DNA from: Rhodobacterales bacterium
Lineage (GTDB): Bacteria > Pseudomonadota > Alphaproteobacteria > Rhodobacterales > Rhodobacteraceae
Assembly: GCA_026400355.1 (NCBI GenBank)
Contig: JAPLPE010000022.1
Span: 141,507 to 205,506, forward strand
Direction: 5' to 3'
DNA length: 64,000 bases
Position numbers and translations under genes: made by a program. Of this stretch, positions 46,201-55,799 are shown in pieces (positions within the stretch are counted from its first letter, which is position 1; every line of letters starts with the position of its first letter). Below the pieces are notes generated by a model that ran no database searches, had not been told where the DNA came from, and saw only the letters and a list, made by a program, of their open reading frames with translations.

Positions 46201-47245
46201 CCGTCACGGCCTGCTGGTATTCGCCGTCGATCACGGCGTCGGCAGGCAGGGCCACTGTCCAGGTCGTGCCGTCAACCGCCGCCTCATAGGTCACACCGCC
46301 CGTGGTGACGAAGACGGTCGATCCCACCTCTGTCGTGCCGGTCAGGATGACGCCACCCACTTCGGCCGCGTTGACTGTGCCGTCGCCGCCGACCGAATCT
46401 TCGACAAAAGTGACGCTCGCTTCGGTATCGACGACAAGCGTGTCAGTGATCGTCAGATCCTGACCATCCTTTGAGACGATGACAATGACGGGTTCCTCAT
46501 AAGTGCCCGGACCCACCTCATCCGTCGGGAAGGTGACGGACCAGGTCCCGTCCTCGCCGATAACGGTGGTCTGGGTGTCGTCACCGACGGTGACAGTGAC
46601 CGTCGCGCCGACGGTGCCGGTCCCGGTGATCTCGGTCCCGTCAGCCTGGTCTTCAGCATTGACGACGTAGCCCGTGTCCTTGGTCCCGCTCAGGATGGTT
46701 CCTTCGGGTGTCGGGGGATCCCGGGTTTCGCTGCTGTCCAGAACGGTCGTCCCGGCACCGACACCGATCAGGCTGAGCAGCGGAAGGATGACCGCAGGTG
46801 CTGCGAAGGGGACGAGCATGCCTGCAGCAGGATCGTCGGCGGCTGCGGTGACGATCGGTTCCTCGCGGCCCGCAAACAGAAGCTGGTCATCCGGACTCCA
46901 TTTGCCCGTCATGTCTTCGGCGATGTAGTTGGAATAGAACGTGCCGTTCGGACCGGGCACAAGTTCGACTTCGGCCAACTGGCCGTTGGCAGAAATGAAC
47001 AAGTCGGCTTGAGACGTCCCGCCGGGGCCAAAAAAGTTGTCGACGTAGATAACCTGGCCATCGACAAGTGTGATCTTGAGAGCACCTCCCGCTTGTTCGT
47101 ACGACACGATCTGGTCGCGGTCGAGGTTGAGCGAAACCTGAGAGCCGGAACCAACGATCAGTTGCGTAGTGATCCCGTCACCGCCAACAGACCCATGCTG
47201 GATTGCGCCCACACTATTGCGGACAACGAAATCAATCGCTGACAT
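43238..47245 (-). CDS. Large repetitive T1SS-secreted adhesin (BapA-prefix-like N-domain, 10 Ig-like repeats, VC_A0849-type C-terminal secretion domain)
   Basis: 1335 aa. The N-terminus has ITLVDGQVIYVDNFF. Ten units of about 96 aa end in VDT(E/D/F). The C-terminus reads LTLTAQDLEAL...LTVHGGVDDTVTILGA...GRAYKIYDF...VIIDEEIHVVT. It is the first gene of the T1SS operon. Confidence 0.9.
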   Translation of the reverse strand: MSAIDFVVRNSVGAIQHGSVGGDGITTQLIVGSGSQVSLNLDRDQIVSYEQAGGALKITLVDGQVIYVDNFFGPGGTSQADLFISANGQLAEVELVPGPNGTFYSNYIAEDMTGKWSPDDQLLFAGREEPIVTAAADDPAAGMLVPFAAPAVILPLLSLIGVGAGTTVLDSSETRDPPTPEGTILSGTKDTGYVVNAEDQADGTEITGTGTVGATVTVTVGDDTQTTVIGEDGTWSVTFPTDEVGPGTYEEPVIVIVSKDGQDLTITDTLVVDTEASVTFVEDSVGGDGTVNAAEVGGVILTGTTEVGSTVFVTTGGVTYEAAVDGTTWTVALPADAVIDGEYQQAVTVEATDAHGNIATTEGSFTVDTETSITMNTGAIGGDGTVNAVEHAGGVTVTGTAEAGASVLVTIGGANTTVIAANNGTWTASFASGQIPGGTYGQTVTAVATDAAGNTASTGGTIKVDTDLTLTVNAATVEANGIVNAAERSDGVAITGKSDPGSTVTVEMCGVTHTAVTAANGTWKVVYSAAEIPPGTHEAPIAVSSVDAAGNTAIVNASIMIDSEARVAINAPVEGDNVINASERSDGVVLTGTTEPGSTVIVTFGSATLAATVAPNGTWTVSFPATAVAPGTYETTAIANAVDANGNSSSATITLQVDTETSVTVNTANFEGDGTINYVEREDGVTLTGQAEAGASVVVRFGSASRTVTAGDDGNWSASFGKNDIPTGETTAAVTATATDAAGNSAMATGSVKVDTFVNRLDITSGEVGGDDIINKAEAAAPVTINGVVEQGSTVVVTLAGVSYNATVAGNGNWTVTFPAGSLPLGEYATEITVAATDKAGNAASISQDVLIDTVVGEVALSPDPIEIDDVINATERSDGVLIEGTATPGLTVTVTLGGKSHQVVAGPDGTWSSLFAAGEIPSGTYNAPITASITDSAGNSKTVSDSVAVDTEISFTLNKHVEGDNTLNAAEASNGVQLSGTVEAGSRVTVVYGGSTQTVTANADGTWSLTVPAAAVAAGEYNQSFTATATDKAGNSSVITHTVRIDTFVNELSMDRLIEGDDVVNRVEAQDGITINGEVEAGSTVFVTFEGTTRQATVAADGSWTVNFTGAEVPQGEYDAAIKVEATDSVGNAKSITETIAVDTTPPEAPLIESYTRAGAGVRAISTSITDDTVEIHSVAATGTVSHASFNTSVNTDFNEIDYSFTKPIPNGSHLVITSTDEADNNTSTLFVLEEPLTNTVDVRNAGLSGFNIEAIDLQFAEDSHLTLTAQDLEALCSHSNTLTVHGGVDDTVTILGASDSGETTDIDGRAYKIYDFGAHGGTVIIDEEIHVVT
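43808..46702 (-). repeat. Ten tandem coding repeats (about 290 nt each) encoding Ig-like adhesin domains
   Basis: The recurrent pattern is V(N/I)xAE...GVxLTGTxExGSTVxVTxG...GxWTVxxPA...G(E/T)Y...ATDxAGNxx...VDT. Confidence 0.85.
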
Positions 47246-47530
47246 ACATTTTGCTCCGCCTCAACGCCCCGCCATTTTTTCGCGGTCGGGACTTTTGTTT
47301 TACGAAATGATGTAGCTGACAGGTGATTCGATTTCCAGAGGAAACTTGGAACAGACGCAGTTCAACAACCGACCTGTTGCGGCGATTCAGCTATTTGCCA
47401 GAATAAGTTGATGCGGCTTGTCGATGTTTCCGAGCGGATCTACCCGCCCCATCCGACAAAAGACCTCACCTAGTCATGAAATCGCTTCAGTCATTCTTTC
47501 CGACGCCTGCCCAAGCGTCAATCCGGCGCA

Positions 47531-48385
47531 CTACATCCCATGATCAAGACTTGTGCCGTCGCCGTAGATGACTTCGTTCAGGGCGGCGCCCAGAAGGATC
47601 AGATAGGCGCTGATATAAAGCCACATCATCAAGGCGATCACGGCCCCGATGGAGCCGTAGATGCGGTTGTAACTGTCAAAGTTCGCTACGTAGAGCGAGA
47701 AGCCGACCGAGGCGGCGATCCAGAGCACGATGACCAGGACGGCGCCCGGGGTGACCCAGGCCATCTTGATCGTCCCGTTGGGACCAAAGCGATAGAGAAT
47801 CCCCAAAGCAACCAAAAGCGACAGGATCGCCACAGACCATCGGATCGTTTCGGCAATCCAACCGGCGCTGAAGTAGGCCGGTGCCAGCGTCAGCGCAATT
47901 GGAGCGACGATGACCGCCGTCAAGGCCGTCATCGCAATGGCGATCAGTGAAAGGGTCAGTGTCATCGACACCAGATTATGCCAGATGCCATCACGGTTCG
48001 GGATCCGGTGGATAGCGTTCAACCCTTGCACAAGCGAGGCGACCCCCGCCCGCGCCGACCAGAGCGCCAGAAAAAGAGACAGCACCGTCGTCCAGCCCAG
48101 TGTGTCGGTCTGGGCGGTCACAAGGCGATGGACCTGATCATAAAGAAGCTCATAGGCCCCGGGTGGAATGATTTCGTCGAGGGTAGAGAGTTGGGTTTCC
48201 ACTACGACCGGATCTGACACAAGGCCAAAGATGGCGATCAGCGCTGCGATGGCCGGGAACATGGCAAACATGCCGAAAAAGGCGATGCCCGCCGCAATAA
48301 GGCTAAGATGGGTCTTGTCAGAAAGGGTCCACACCTCCCAAAAGCCGATCCAGCCCCGGTCGAGCATCCGCCAGATATGCTTCAT
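47531..48385 (-). CDS. YihY/BrkB-family membrane protein
   Basis: 284 aa and six TM segments, with the N-terminal motif LSLIAAGIAFFGMFAMFPAIAALIAIFG. Confidence 0.85.
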   Translation of the reverse strand: MKHIWRMLDRGWIGFWEVWTLSDKTHLSLIAAGIAFFGMFAMFPAIAALIAIFGLVSDPVVVETQLSTLDEIIPPGAYELLYDQVHRLVTAQTDTLGWTTVLSLFLALWSARAGVASLVQGLNAIHRIPNRDGIWHNLVSMTLTLSLIAIAMTALTAVIVAPIALTLAPAYFSAGWIAETIRWSVAILSLLVALGILYRFGPNGTIKMAWVTPGAVLVIVLWIAASVGFSLYVANFDSYNRIYGSIGAVIALMMWLYISAYLILLGAALNEVIYGDGTSLDHGM

Positions 48386-48504
48386 GTCATTGCCCGTCCC
48401 TTACGTCCACACAGTCCTGTCGTTGCGGCAGCGGGAACGCATTCTTTCCACCGCTTAGCCCGCAAGAGGGGCCAACGGCAACTGCGGATGCCCCTTCACC
48501 AAGA

Positions 48505-49695
48505 TTAGAGCGTCGTGTGCGTATTCAACATGTAACGCGAAAAGACCGGGCCGCAGGCGGCGCCCAGCGCACGCGCATCGCCGCCGACCAGCCCGCCATG
48601 GATCGCGACCGGGGTCAGCCCGCGCGAATCGAGCGTGGGCATGATCTCTCGGACTCGGTCCACCAGACGGTCGCGCACAGTCGCGGGAAAGCCGCCGTCG
48701 ATAAGGACGGCCTCAAAATCAATCACGGCGCAGACAGTCAGCGCGGCCTGCGCAATCTGGGCTGCGGCCTTGTCGATCCAGTCGTCTAGGATGTCGGAAA
48801 AGCCTGACCAATCCTGCGGCTGGGCCCAAAGGCGCGCCGGTTCCAGCCCGGCTCCGATAAGCTCGGCCTCGAGCAGAAAGAGCGAAGCCGAGTCGATGAG
48901 CTGGCCCAGCTTGCCATCAGGCCGCTGCGTCGGCAGCGAGCCGAAGGCCGCGGCATTGCCCGTAGCACCTTCAAATACGGAATGGTTCAGGACCACACCA
49001 CCGCCGATGAACGACCCGACAAAGAAATAGGCGAAATCCCGGAATTCGCGGCCACGGCCAAAAACATGCTCGGCCCGGCAGGCGGCGGTTGCATCGTTTT
49101 CGACATAGACGGGAAGGTCCGAAAAACCCGCGATCTCGGTGAGGAAATCAATCTCCCGCCACGCACCCAACTCGCCTTCCGGGGCGCCGATAGCTTCGTG
49201 CCAGTCCCATATCTGATAGGGTTTTGCGATGCCGATGCCGGCGATCCGGGCGACGGCATCCGGGCCCATCCCTGCGGTCAGCGTGGCAAGGCCGGACTTG
49301 AGAAAGCTGAACACATGGTCGGGCACCGGATAACGGTAGGTCGTCTGCAACTGCCCGCGGATCGTGCCGTGGAAATCGGCCAGCACCAGATCGGCGCTGC
49401 GCCGGCCAAGTTTCAGCCCAATGGAATAGACCCCGTCTGCGGCCAGTGTCATCGGCACCGATGGCTTGCCCACACGGCCCCGCTGGGGGTCACCGCGTTC
49501 GATGAAACCGTCCTGTTCCAGTTCGCGCAGAATCACCGACACCGTCTGTGGGGACAGGCCTGCAAGGCGTGCAAGATCTCGTCCGGGCAAGGCGCCCTGA
49601 CGCTGAATCATTGACAGAATCAGCCGTTCATTATGGTCGCGCACACCCTGCTGGTTTGCACCAACGCTCGGGCTGCGCATCTCGATGCGGTCCAT
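48505..49695 (-). CDS. ROK-family transcriptional regulator
   Basis: N-terminal wHTH (RDHNERLILSMIQRQGALPGRDLARLAGLSPQTVSVILRELEQDGFI) plus a ROK sugar-kinase-like domain. It is divergent from the sugar ABC operon. Confidence 0.85.
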   Translation of the reverse strand: MDRIEMRSPSVGANQQGVRDHNERLILSMIQRQGALPGRDLARLAGLSPQTVSVILRELEQDGFIERGDPQRGRVGKPSVPMTLAADGVYSIGLKLGRRSADLVLADFHGTIRGQLQTTYRYPVPDHVFSFLKSGLATLTAGMGPDAVARIAGIGIAKPYQIWDWHEAIGAPEGELGAWREIDFLTEIAGFSDLPVYVENDATAACRAEHVFGRGREFRDFAYFFVGSFIGGGVVLNHSVFEGATGNAAAFGSLPTQRPDGKLGQLIDSASLFLLEAELIGAGLEPARLWAQPQDWSGFSDILDDWIDKAAAQIAQAALTVCAVIDFEAVLIDGGFPATVRDRLVDRVREIMPTLDSRGLTPVAIHGGLVGGDARALGAACGPVFSRYMLNTHTTL

Positions 49696-49736
49696 TGGGC
49701 CCTCCTTCCCAGGTTCATCATCAACTCAGATGAATT

Positions 49737-49757
49737 AATAAATCAACTAGATTTATT
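49737..49757. promoter_or_regulatory. Candidate operator in the ROK regulator / ABC operon intergenic region
   Basis: AATAAATC-N5-GATTTATT inverted repeat in a locally AT-rich stretch. Confidence 0.3.
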
Positions 49758-49866
49758 TATTGACTAGTCGTCACGAATCACGTTTCCCTATGGTCATTCC
49801 TGTCGTCGGAGGGACGGCAGGTGTTGGCAGGCCAAAGGCCCGCCGCTGCATCTTTGGGAGGAATCA

Positions 49867-50871
49867 ATGCAGAAGATTCTCGCCGGCTCCGCGCTGGCAC
49901 TGATCATGTCCGTCGGCGCCGCTTCGGCTGCTGACCTTGCTTGCCTGATCACCAAGAACAATACCAACCCGTTCTTCGTGAAGATGAAGGAAGGCGCCGA
50001 GGCTGCCGCGACTGCTGCTGGCCTTGACTTCCAAGCCTATGCCGGTGTGACAGACGGTGATGCTGCTCCGCAGATCACCGCCATCGAAAACTGCGTCGCC
50101 GCTGGCGCCAAGGGCATCCTGATCACCCCGTCCAACGACTCGGTCGGCCCCGCGCTGATCGCTGCCCGCGAAGCCGGCATCCTCGTGATCGCCCTCGACA
50201 CGCCGCTGGCCGACCCCAACGCTCAGGATATCACCTTTGCGACCGACAACTTTGAAGCAGGTCTTCTGATCGGCCGCTGGGCTGCCGCCACGATGGGCGA
50301 AGCTGCTGCTGATGCCAAGATTGCCATGCTGAACATCAACGCCGACAACATCTCGGTTGACGTGCAGCGCGACACCGGCTTCTTGGTCGGTTTCGGCATC
50401 GAAGTTCCCGATCTGACTGTGATGGGTTCGGAAACCGACCCACGTGTCATCGGACACCAGACCAGCCAGGCCAGCGTCGAAGGCGGCGTGACCGCGATGG
50501 AAAACCTCCTCGCGATCGAGCCCAATATCAACCTTGTGTTCACAATCAATGAACCCGCTGCAGAAGGTGCCTTTCAGGCGCTCACAAACGCCGGCAAAAC
50601 GGATGTGCTGATTGTGTCTGTCGACGGCGGCTGTCCCGGCGTGGCGGCTGTCGCTGCTGGCACACTCGGCGCCACTTCCCAACAGTACCCGCTCTTGATG
50701 GCATCCCTCGGGATCGAGGCCATCGTCGCTTATGCCAAAGACGGCACCAAGCCGACCGTCACCGAAGGCCTGTCCTTCTACAACACCGGCGTGAATCTCG
50801 TAACGGATAGACCCGCCGAAGGTGTGCCATCCATCGACACCACCAAGGGTACCGAACTCTGCTGGGGCTGA
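49867..50871 (+). CDS. frcB: Sugar ABC transporter periplasmic binding protein (fructose/ribose type)
   Basis: Has a signal peptide (MSVGAASA) and a Peripla_BP_4-like sequence. Gene order with the permease, ATPase and kinase matches my memory of the Sinorhizobium frcBCAK locus. Confidence 0.8.
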   Translation: MQKILAGSALALIMSVGAASAADLACLITKNNTNPFFVKMKEGAEAAATAAGLDFQAYAGVTDGDAAPQITAIENCVAAGAKGILITPSNDSVGPALIAAREAGILVIALDTPLADPNAQDITFATDNFEAGLLIGRWAAATMGEAAADAKIAMLNINADNISVDVQRDTGFLVGFGIEVPDLTVMGSETDPRVIGHQTSQASVEGGVTAMENLLAIEPNINLVFTINEPAAEGAFQALTNAGKTDVLIVSVDGGCPGVAAVAAGTLGATSQQYPLLMASLGIEAIVAYAKDGTKPTVTEGLSFYNTGVNLVTDRPAEGVPSIDTTKGTELCWG

Positions 50872-50999
50872 AAATCTCCTAATCTGATTGACGAGGCAAA
50901 GGGCGACATTACTGTCGCCCTTTGTACAAGTGCGATCGGCAAAGACACTTGTCATCAAGAAATGACGCATCGAACCAGCGGTTCACGGGAGGGGACAGG

Positions 51000-52100
51000 A
51001 TGACTGACAAGGATTCGCCCACAAAGACCTCTTCGGATTTTGAGGCGACACTAAACACGGCCGACAACGCCGTTGCGAGTTTCGCAAAGGACGACAAGTC
51101 CATCGGCCATGTCATCCGCAATTTCCTGCGGAACTTTCCGACTGCAATTCCGATGCTGGTTCTGATCATCAGCGTACTGATGTTCGGCTTGATCGACAAC
51201 ATGCTGAACGAACGCGCCAATTTCATGACACCCAACACCCTGTCGACCGTGCTCAAGCAGGTGACCGTTGTGGGCATCGTGGCTATCGCGCAGACCATTG
51301 TCATCCTGACGGCAGGAATTGACCTGTCGGTCGCGGCCATTCTGGTCCTGTCCTCGATCATCATGGGCAAACTATCGGTCGATGTCGGCCTGCCTCCAGG
51401 GCTGGCCATCATGATCGGCATGGCCTTTGGCGGGCTTATGGGCCTGTTCAACGGCTTTCTTGTCACGAAGGTCAAGCTTCCACCCTTCATTGTGACATTG
51501 GGAACACTCAGCATCTATTCCGCCCTCAAGCTGTGGTATTCTGGGTCGCAGTCGGTCCGGGGGGCCGACATCACCGAAAAAGCCCCAAGCCTCCTATGGT
51601 TTGGGAACGCTTTCAACTTTGGCGGCGCAACCCTGACCTATGGTGGCATCGCGATGATTCTTCTGGCTGTCGTCATCTGGTATGTCCTGACCAAGACCGC
51701 ATGGGGCCGCCACGTTCATGCCATCGGGGACGATCCCGACGCCGCAATGTTGGCGGGTATCCAGACGGACCGCGTCCTGATCGGGGTCTATACGCTGGCC
51801 GGTGTGATCTGCGCCTTCGGCGGCTGGGTCGCAGTCGGGCGGGTGGGATCGATCTCTCCCATCGGGTTCGAAACGGCCAACCTTGATAGCATCACCGCCG
51901 TGGTGATCGGCGGCACGTCACTGTTCGGCGGGCGGGGTTCGATCCCCGGCTCCATTCTCGGCGCTCTGATCGTGGGCGTGTTCAGCACCGGGTTATCCGT
52001 CGCGGCGCGCGTGGACGACTATTGGCAAACGTTTGCGGCGGGCTGTCTGGTTCTGATCGCTGTCGCACTTGATCAATGGCTGCGGAGGGCTTCAAAATGA
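51000..52100 (+). CDS. frcC: Sugar ABC transporter permease (RbsC/FrcC type)
   Basis: BPD_transp_2-like, about 10 TM segments. The ATG at 51000 has GGGAGGGGA upstream. Confidence 0.85.
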   Translation: MTDKDSPTKTSSDFEATLNTADNAVASFAKDDKSIGHVIRNFLRNFPTAIPMLVLIISVLMFGLIDNMLNERANFMTPNTLSTVLKQVTVVGIVAIAQTIVILTAGIDLSVAAILVLSSIIMGKLSVDVGLPPGLAIMIGMAFGGLMGLFNGFLVTKVKLPPFIVTLGTLSIYSALKLWYSGSQSVRGADITEKAPSLLWFGNAFNFGGATLTYGGIAMILLAVVIWYVLTKTAWGRHVHAIGDDPDAAMLAGIQTDRVLIGVYTLAGVICAFGGWVAVGRVGSISPIGFETANLDSITAVVIGGTSLFGGRGSIPGSILGALIVGVFSTGLSVAARVDDYWQTFAAGCLVLIAVALDQWLRRASK

Positions 52101-52882
52101 ACAGCGTGCAACCGATCCTGACCTGCCGTGGGCTAATGAAGCGCTATGGCACGGTGGTCGCCATGAACGGCGCGGATTTCGACCTTTATCCGGGGGAAAT
52201 CACCGCAATCATCGGCGACAACGGCGCGGGCAAGTCCACGCTGGTCAAGGCTATCGCCGGAGCGGTCACCCCCGACCACGGCGAAATCCGGCTCGATGGG
52301 CAGATCCTGCACTTCCGTGGTCCTCAGGACGCCCAGCGCGCCGGGATCGAGACTGTGTATCAGAACTTGGCCCTGTCCCCGGCCTTGTCCATCGCCAATA
52401 ACATGTTCCTTGGCCGCGAGTTGCGTAAACCTGGCGTCCTGGGGTCTGTGTTCCGGATGATGGATCAGAAGAAGATGCAGGACTTTGCCCGGACAAAACT
52501 GTCCGAGCTTGGCCTGATGACGATCCAGAACATTAACGTGGCCGTTGAATCGCTTTCGGGCGGTCAGCGTCAGGGCGTTGCGGTGGCTCGCGCCGCAGCA
52601 TTCGGGTCCAAGGTCATTATCCTGGACGAACCGACGGCCGCGCTGGGGGTCAAGGAATCCCGGCGGGTTCTGGAACTGATCCTTGACGTGCGGTCGCGGG
52701 GCATTCCGATCATCCTGATCAGCCACAACATGCCCCATGTGTTCGAAGTGGCGGATCGAATCCACATCCATCGTCTGGGTCGGCGGCTTTGCGTCATCAA
52801 TCCCAAGAATCATTCGATGTCTGATGCCGTGGCCTATATGACGGGTGCGAAGGTCCCCGAGACCGAGCTTGAAACTGTCTGA
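52097..52882 (+). CDS. frcA: Sugar ABC transporter ATP-binding protein
   Basis: Walker A GDNGAGKST, signature LSGGQRQ and Walker B ILDEPTAALG. There is an ATGA overlap with the permease. Confidence 0.9.
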   Translation: MNSVQPILTCRGLMKRYGTVVAMNGADFDLYPGEITAIIGDNGAGKSTLVKAIAGAVTPDHGEIRLDGQILHFRGPQDAQRAGIETVYQNLALSPALSIANNMFLGRELRKPGVLGSVFRMMDQKKMQDFARTKLSELGLMTIQNINVAVESLSGGQRQGVAVARAAAFGSKVIILDEPTAALGVKESRRVLELILDVRSRGIPIILISHNMPHVFEVADRIHIHRLGRRLCVINPKNHSMSDAVAYMTGAKVPETELETV

Positions 52883-52892
52883 AGGTTTGCCC

Positions 52893-53534
52893 GTGCTTGA
52901 CGTATCGGCCCAGATCACGGCTCTGGCAGAAAGGATCTACGCGCTGCTGGATACCCAGCCGCGCGTTCTTGTTGCGCTAGCAGGCGCGCCGGGGTCGGGC
53001 AAGTCCACGCTCGCGGGAGAACTGGTGCGACGGTTGCGGGACCAGCGCACAAGGGCCGAGGTTGTGCCGATGGACGGCTATCACCTCGACAATACAGTGC
53101 TGGACACACGTGGGCTGCGCCCCCGCAAAGGCGCACCCGAGACGTTTGATGTGGCCGGGTTCACCCATCTGATCCGCCGCCTCAAGACCGGGGAAGAGGT
53201 TGTGGCGCCGATCTTTGACCGGTCGCGCGATCTGGCCATCGCCGGGGCGCAAGCCGTGGCCGCCGATTGTCAGGTCATTGTGTGTGAAGGCAATTACCTA
53301 CTGTTTGACGAAGAGCCGTGGTCGGCTCTTGCCCCCCTTTGGGATGTTTCGGCGCGGCTCGATGTGCCGATGCCGGAACTGCGGGCGCGGCTGATACAGC
53401 GCTGGCTATCCTATGGCCTGTCACGAACAACTGCCATCCGCCGGGCCACCGCCAACGACATTCCGAACGCACAGCGCGTCATCGACCGTGCGCTTCCGGC
53501 TGATCTCGTTCTGGAAACACGCCCGTCCCGTTAG
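52893..53534 (+). CDS. frcK: P-loop nucleoside/sugar kinase-family protein (FrcK-like)
   Basis: Contains the P-loop GAPGSGKSTLA and VPMDGYHLDN. The GTG at 52893 is my proposed start. Confidence 0.7.
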   Translation: MLDVSAQITALAERIYALLDTQPRVLVALAGAPGSGKSTLAGELVRRLRDQRTRAEVVPMDGYHLDNTVLDTRGLRPRKGAPETFDVAGFTHLIRRLKTGEEVVAPIFDRSRDLAIAGAQAVAADCQVIVCEGNYLLFDEEPWSALAPLWDVSARLDVPMPELRARLIQRWLSYGLSRTTAIRRATANDIPNAQRVIDRALPADLVLETRPSR

Positions 53535-53583
53535 CGCAAACAGGGGCTATTGCTGGGCAATGTAAAGGTCCTATGATCCCGCA

Positions 53584-55779
53584 ATGAATACATCAATAGT
53601 AACCCATCCGCTTGATCACGCCACAGTTTCCCGCCTGCTGACGGCAAGCCATGATGACGCATTTGCCGTCCTTGGCCCGCATAGGTATGGCCGGGCCACG
53701 TTGGTCACCGCGATCGACCCCGGCGCGCACGAACTTTTCGCCGTCATCGGCGGCAAGGAACACAAGCTGGACCGGGTCGAAGGCGCGCTGTTCTGCGGCA
53801 AGGTGCCTGCGGGCAAGCCCTATCGCCTGCGGGGCAAGAGCGTGGACGGGGCTGTCTGGGACTATGAAGACGCCTTCCGTTTTGGCCCGGTGTTGACGGA
53901 TTTCGACGAATACCTGCTGGGCGAAGGCAGGCATCAGAAGCTGTGGCTTGCCCTTGGTGCGCATGTGATGGTGCACGAAGGAGTGGCGGGCACGAACTTT
54001 GCCGTCTGGGCCCCGAATGCGCGGCGCGTGTCGGTCGTGGGCGATTTCAACGCCTGGGACGGACGCCGCCACCCGATGCGGCGGCGCGGCGGGACGGGCG
54101 TGTGGGAAACCTTTGTCCCCGGCGCGGGCGAAGGTGCGGCCTATAAATACGAACTGATCGGCCCGAATGGCGAGCACCTGCCACTCAAGGCCGATCCGGT
54201 CGGATTTGGCGCGCAGCACCCGCCCGAAACCGCCAGCGTGATCCGCGACATTCACGGGTATGGCTGGAAAGATGCCAACTGGATGGAGGCGCGCCAATCG
54301 ATCAACCGGCGCGACCGACCGATTTCGATTTACGAGGTTCATCTGGGATCGTGGAAACGTATCTGGGATCAGGGCGGCAGGCCACTGTCCTATAAGGAGG
54401 CGGCGGTGGATCTGGTCACCTACGCCTGCGACATGGGATTTACCCATATCGAACTGATGCCGGTCAGCGAATATCCGTTCGACGGATCATGGGGTTATCA
54501 GCCCGTGGGGATCTATGCCCCCACCATCCGGTTCGGCCCGCCACATGAATTCCGCGATCTGGTGGATGCCGCTCACAATGCCGGGCTTGGCGTGCTGCTC
54601 GATTGGGTGCCGGGGCATTTTCCGACGGATGCGCATGGCCTGGGGAGGTTCGACGGCACGTATCTGTATGAACATGCCGACCCGCGCGAAGGGTTCCACA
54701 ATGACTGGAACACGCTGATCTACAATTACGGCCGATCCGAGGTTGCAAACTTCCTTGTGGCCAACGCCCTCTATTGGCTCGAGGAATACCATATCGACGG
54801 GCTGCGCGTGGATGCCGTGGCCTCGATGCTCTACCGTGACTATTCCCGCAAGGAAGGGGAATGGATCCCCAACAAGGACGGCGGGCGCGAGAATTACGAG
54901 GCGATCGCCCTGTTCCAGCGGATGAACATTGCAGCATATGGCGGCCATCCGGGGATCATGACGGTGGCTGAGGAGTCGACGTCCTACCCGCGCGTCTCGG
55001 CCCCGGTCGATGCGGGCGGCCTTGGCTTTGGCTTCAAATGGAACATGGGCTGGATGAATGACACGCTCGATTACATGGAGCGTGAACCGATCCACCGGAA
55101 GTATCACCACCACCAGATGACATTCGGCATCCACTATGCCTTTTCAGAAAACTTCGTCCTGCCGATCAGCCATGACGAGGTCGTCCACGGCAAGGGCAGC
55201 ATGATCGAAAAGATGCCCGGCAATTGGTGGGAAAAATGCGCCAACCTGCGGGCCTATTACGGGTTCATGTGGACCCATCCGGGCAAGAAACTGCTGTTCA
55301 TGGGCTGCGAATTCGGCCAGCCCGAGGAATGGAACCATAACGCGCAGATCAACTGGGACGCCGCCCAGCGCCTGGAACACAAGGGGATTCAGTCGCTTGT
55401 GCGCGATCTGAACCACCTCTACCGCAACACGCCCGCTCTTTACGTCAAGGACTGCGAACACGACGGATTCCAGTGGATCGACGCGGCAGATGCCGATGCT
55501 TCGCTTTACAGTTATATCCGGCGTGGCGGCGATGGCGATGCACCCTGCGTCGTGGTCTGCAATTTTACCCCTGTCGAACGCACCGGTCACCGCATCGGCG
55601 TGCCCGAGGCGGGCCACTGGTCCGAGGTCATGAACACCGACGCCAGCCTGTATGGGGGCGGCAACCGGGGCAACATGGGGGGGGCAACGTCTCAGGGATT
55701 GGGCGTCATGGGCCAGCCCGCATCCATCGTCATCACGATACCGCCACTGTCCACGCTGATCTTTCAACTGGACAAATAA
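53584..55779 (+). CDS. glgB: 1,4-alpha-glucan branching enzyme
   Basis: 731 aa. GH13 motifs are present: [17 protein letters not shown] and AEESTS. Confidence 0.97.
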   Translation: MNTSIVTHPLDHATVSRLLTASHDDAFAVLGPHRYGRATLVTAIDPGAHELFAVIGGKEHKLDRVEGALFCGKVPAGKPYRLRGKSVDGAVWDYEDAFRFGPVLTDFDEYLLGEGRHQKLWLALGAHVMVHEGVAGTNFAVWAPNARRVSVVGDFNAWDGRRHPMRRRGGTGVWETFVPGAGEGAAYKYELIGPNGEHLPLKADPVGFGAQHPPETASVIRDIHGYGWKDANWMEARQSINRRDRPISIYEVHLGSWKRIWDQGGRPLSYKEAAVDLVTYACDMGFTHIELMPVSEYPFDGSWGYQPVGIYAPTIRFGPPHEFRDLVDAAHNAGLGVLLDWVPGHFPTDAHGLGRFDGTYLYEHADPREGFHNDWNTLIYNYGRSEVANFLVANALYWLEEYHIDGLRVDAVASMLYRDYSRKEGEWIPNKDGGRENYEAIALFQRMNIAAYGGHPGIMTVAEESTSYPRVSAPVDAGGLGFGFKWNMGWMNDTLDYMEREPIHRKYHHHQMTFGIHYAFSENFVLPISHDEVVHGKGSMIEKMPGNWWEKCANLRAYYGFMWTHPGKKLLFMGCEFGQPEEWNHNAQINWDAAQRLEHKGIQSLVRDLNHLYRNTPALYVKDCEHDGFQWIDAADADASLYSYIRRGGDGDAPCVVVCNFTPVERTGHRIGVPEAGHWSEVMNTDASLYGGGNRGNMGGATSQGLGVMGQPASIVITIPPLSTLIFQLDK

Positions 55780-55799
55780 TGGGTAGGGAGGCCCGTTCG

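Noticed and set aside
43808-46702. Tandem repeats as a CRISPR array or satellite
   Set aside because: The units are about 290 nt, contiguous with no spacers, imperfect, and in frame within the adhesin CDS. They encode Ig-like domains.
47349-47363. GAAC-N7-GTTC as a second SOS box upstream of the adhesin operon
   Set aside because: The alphaproteobacterial LexA site is a direct repeat (GTTC-N7-GTTC). This is an inverted repeat, so it is not a LexA box, though it may bind something else.
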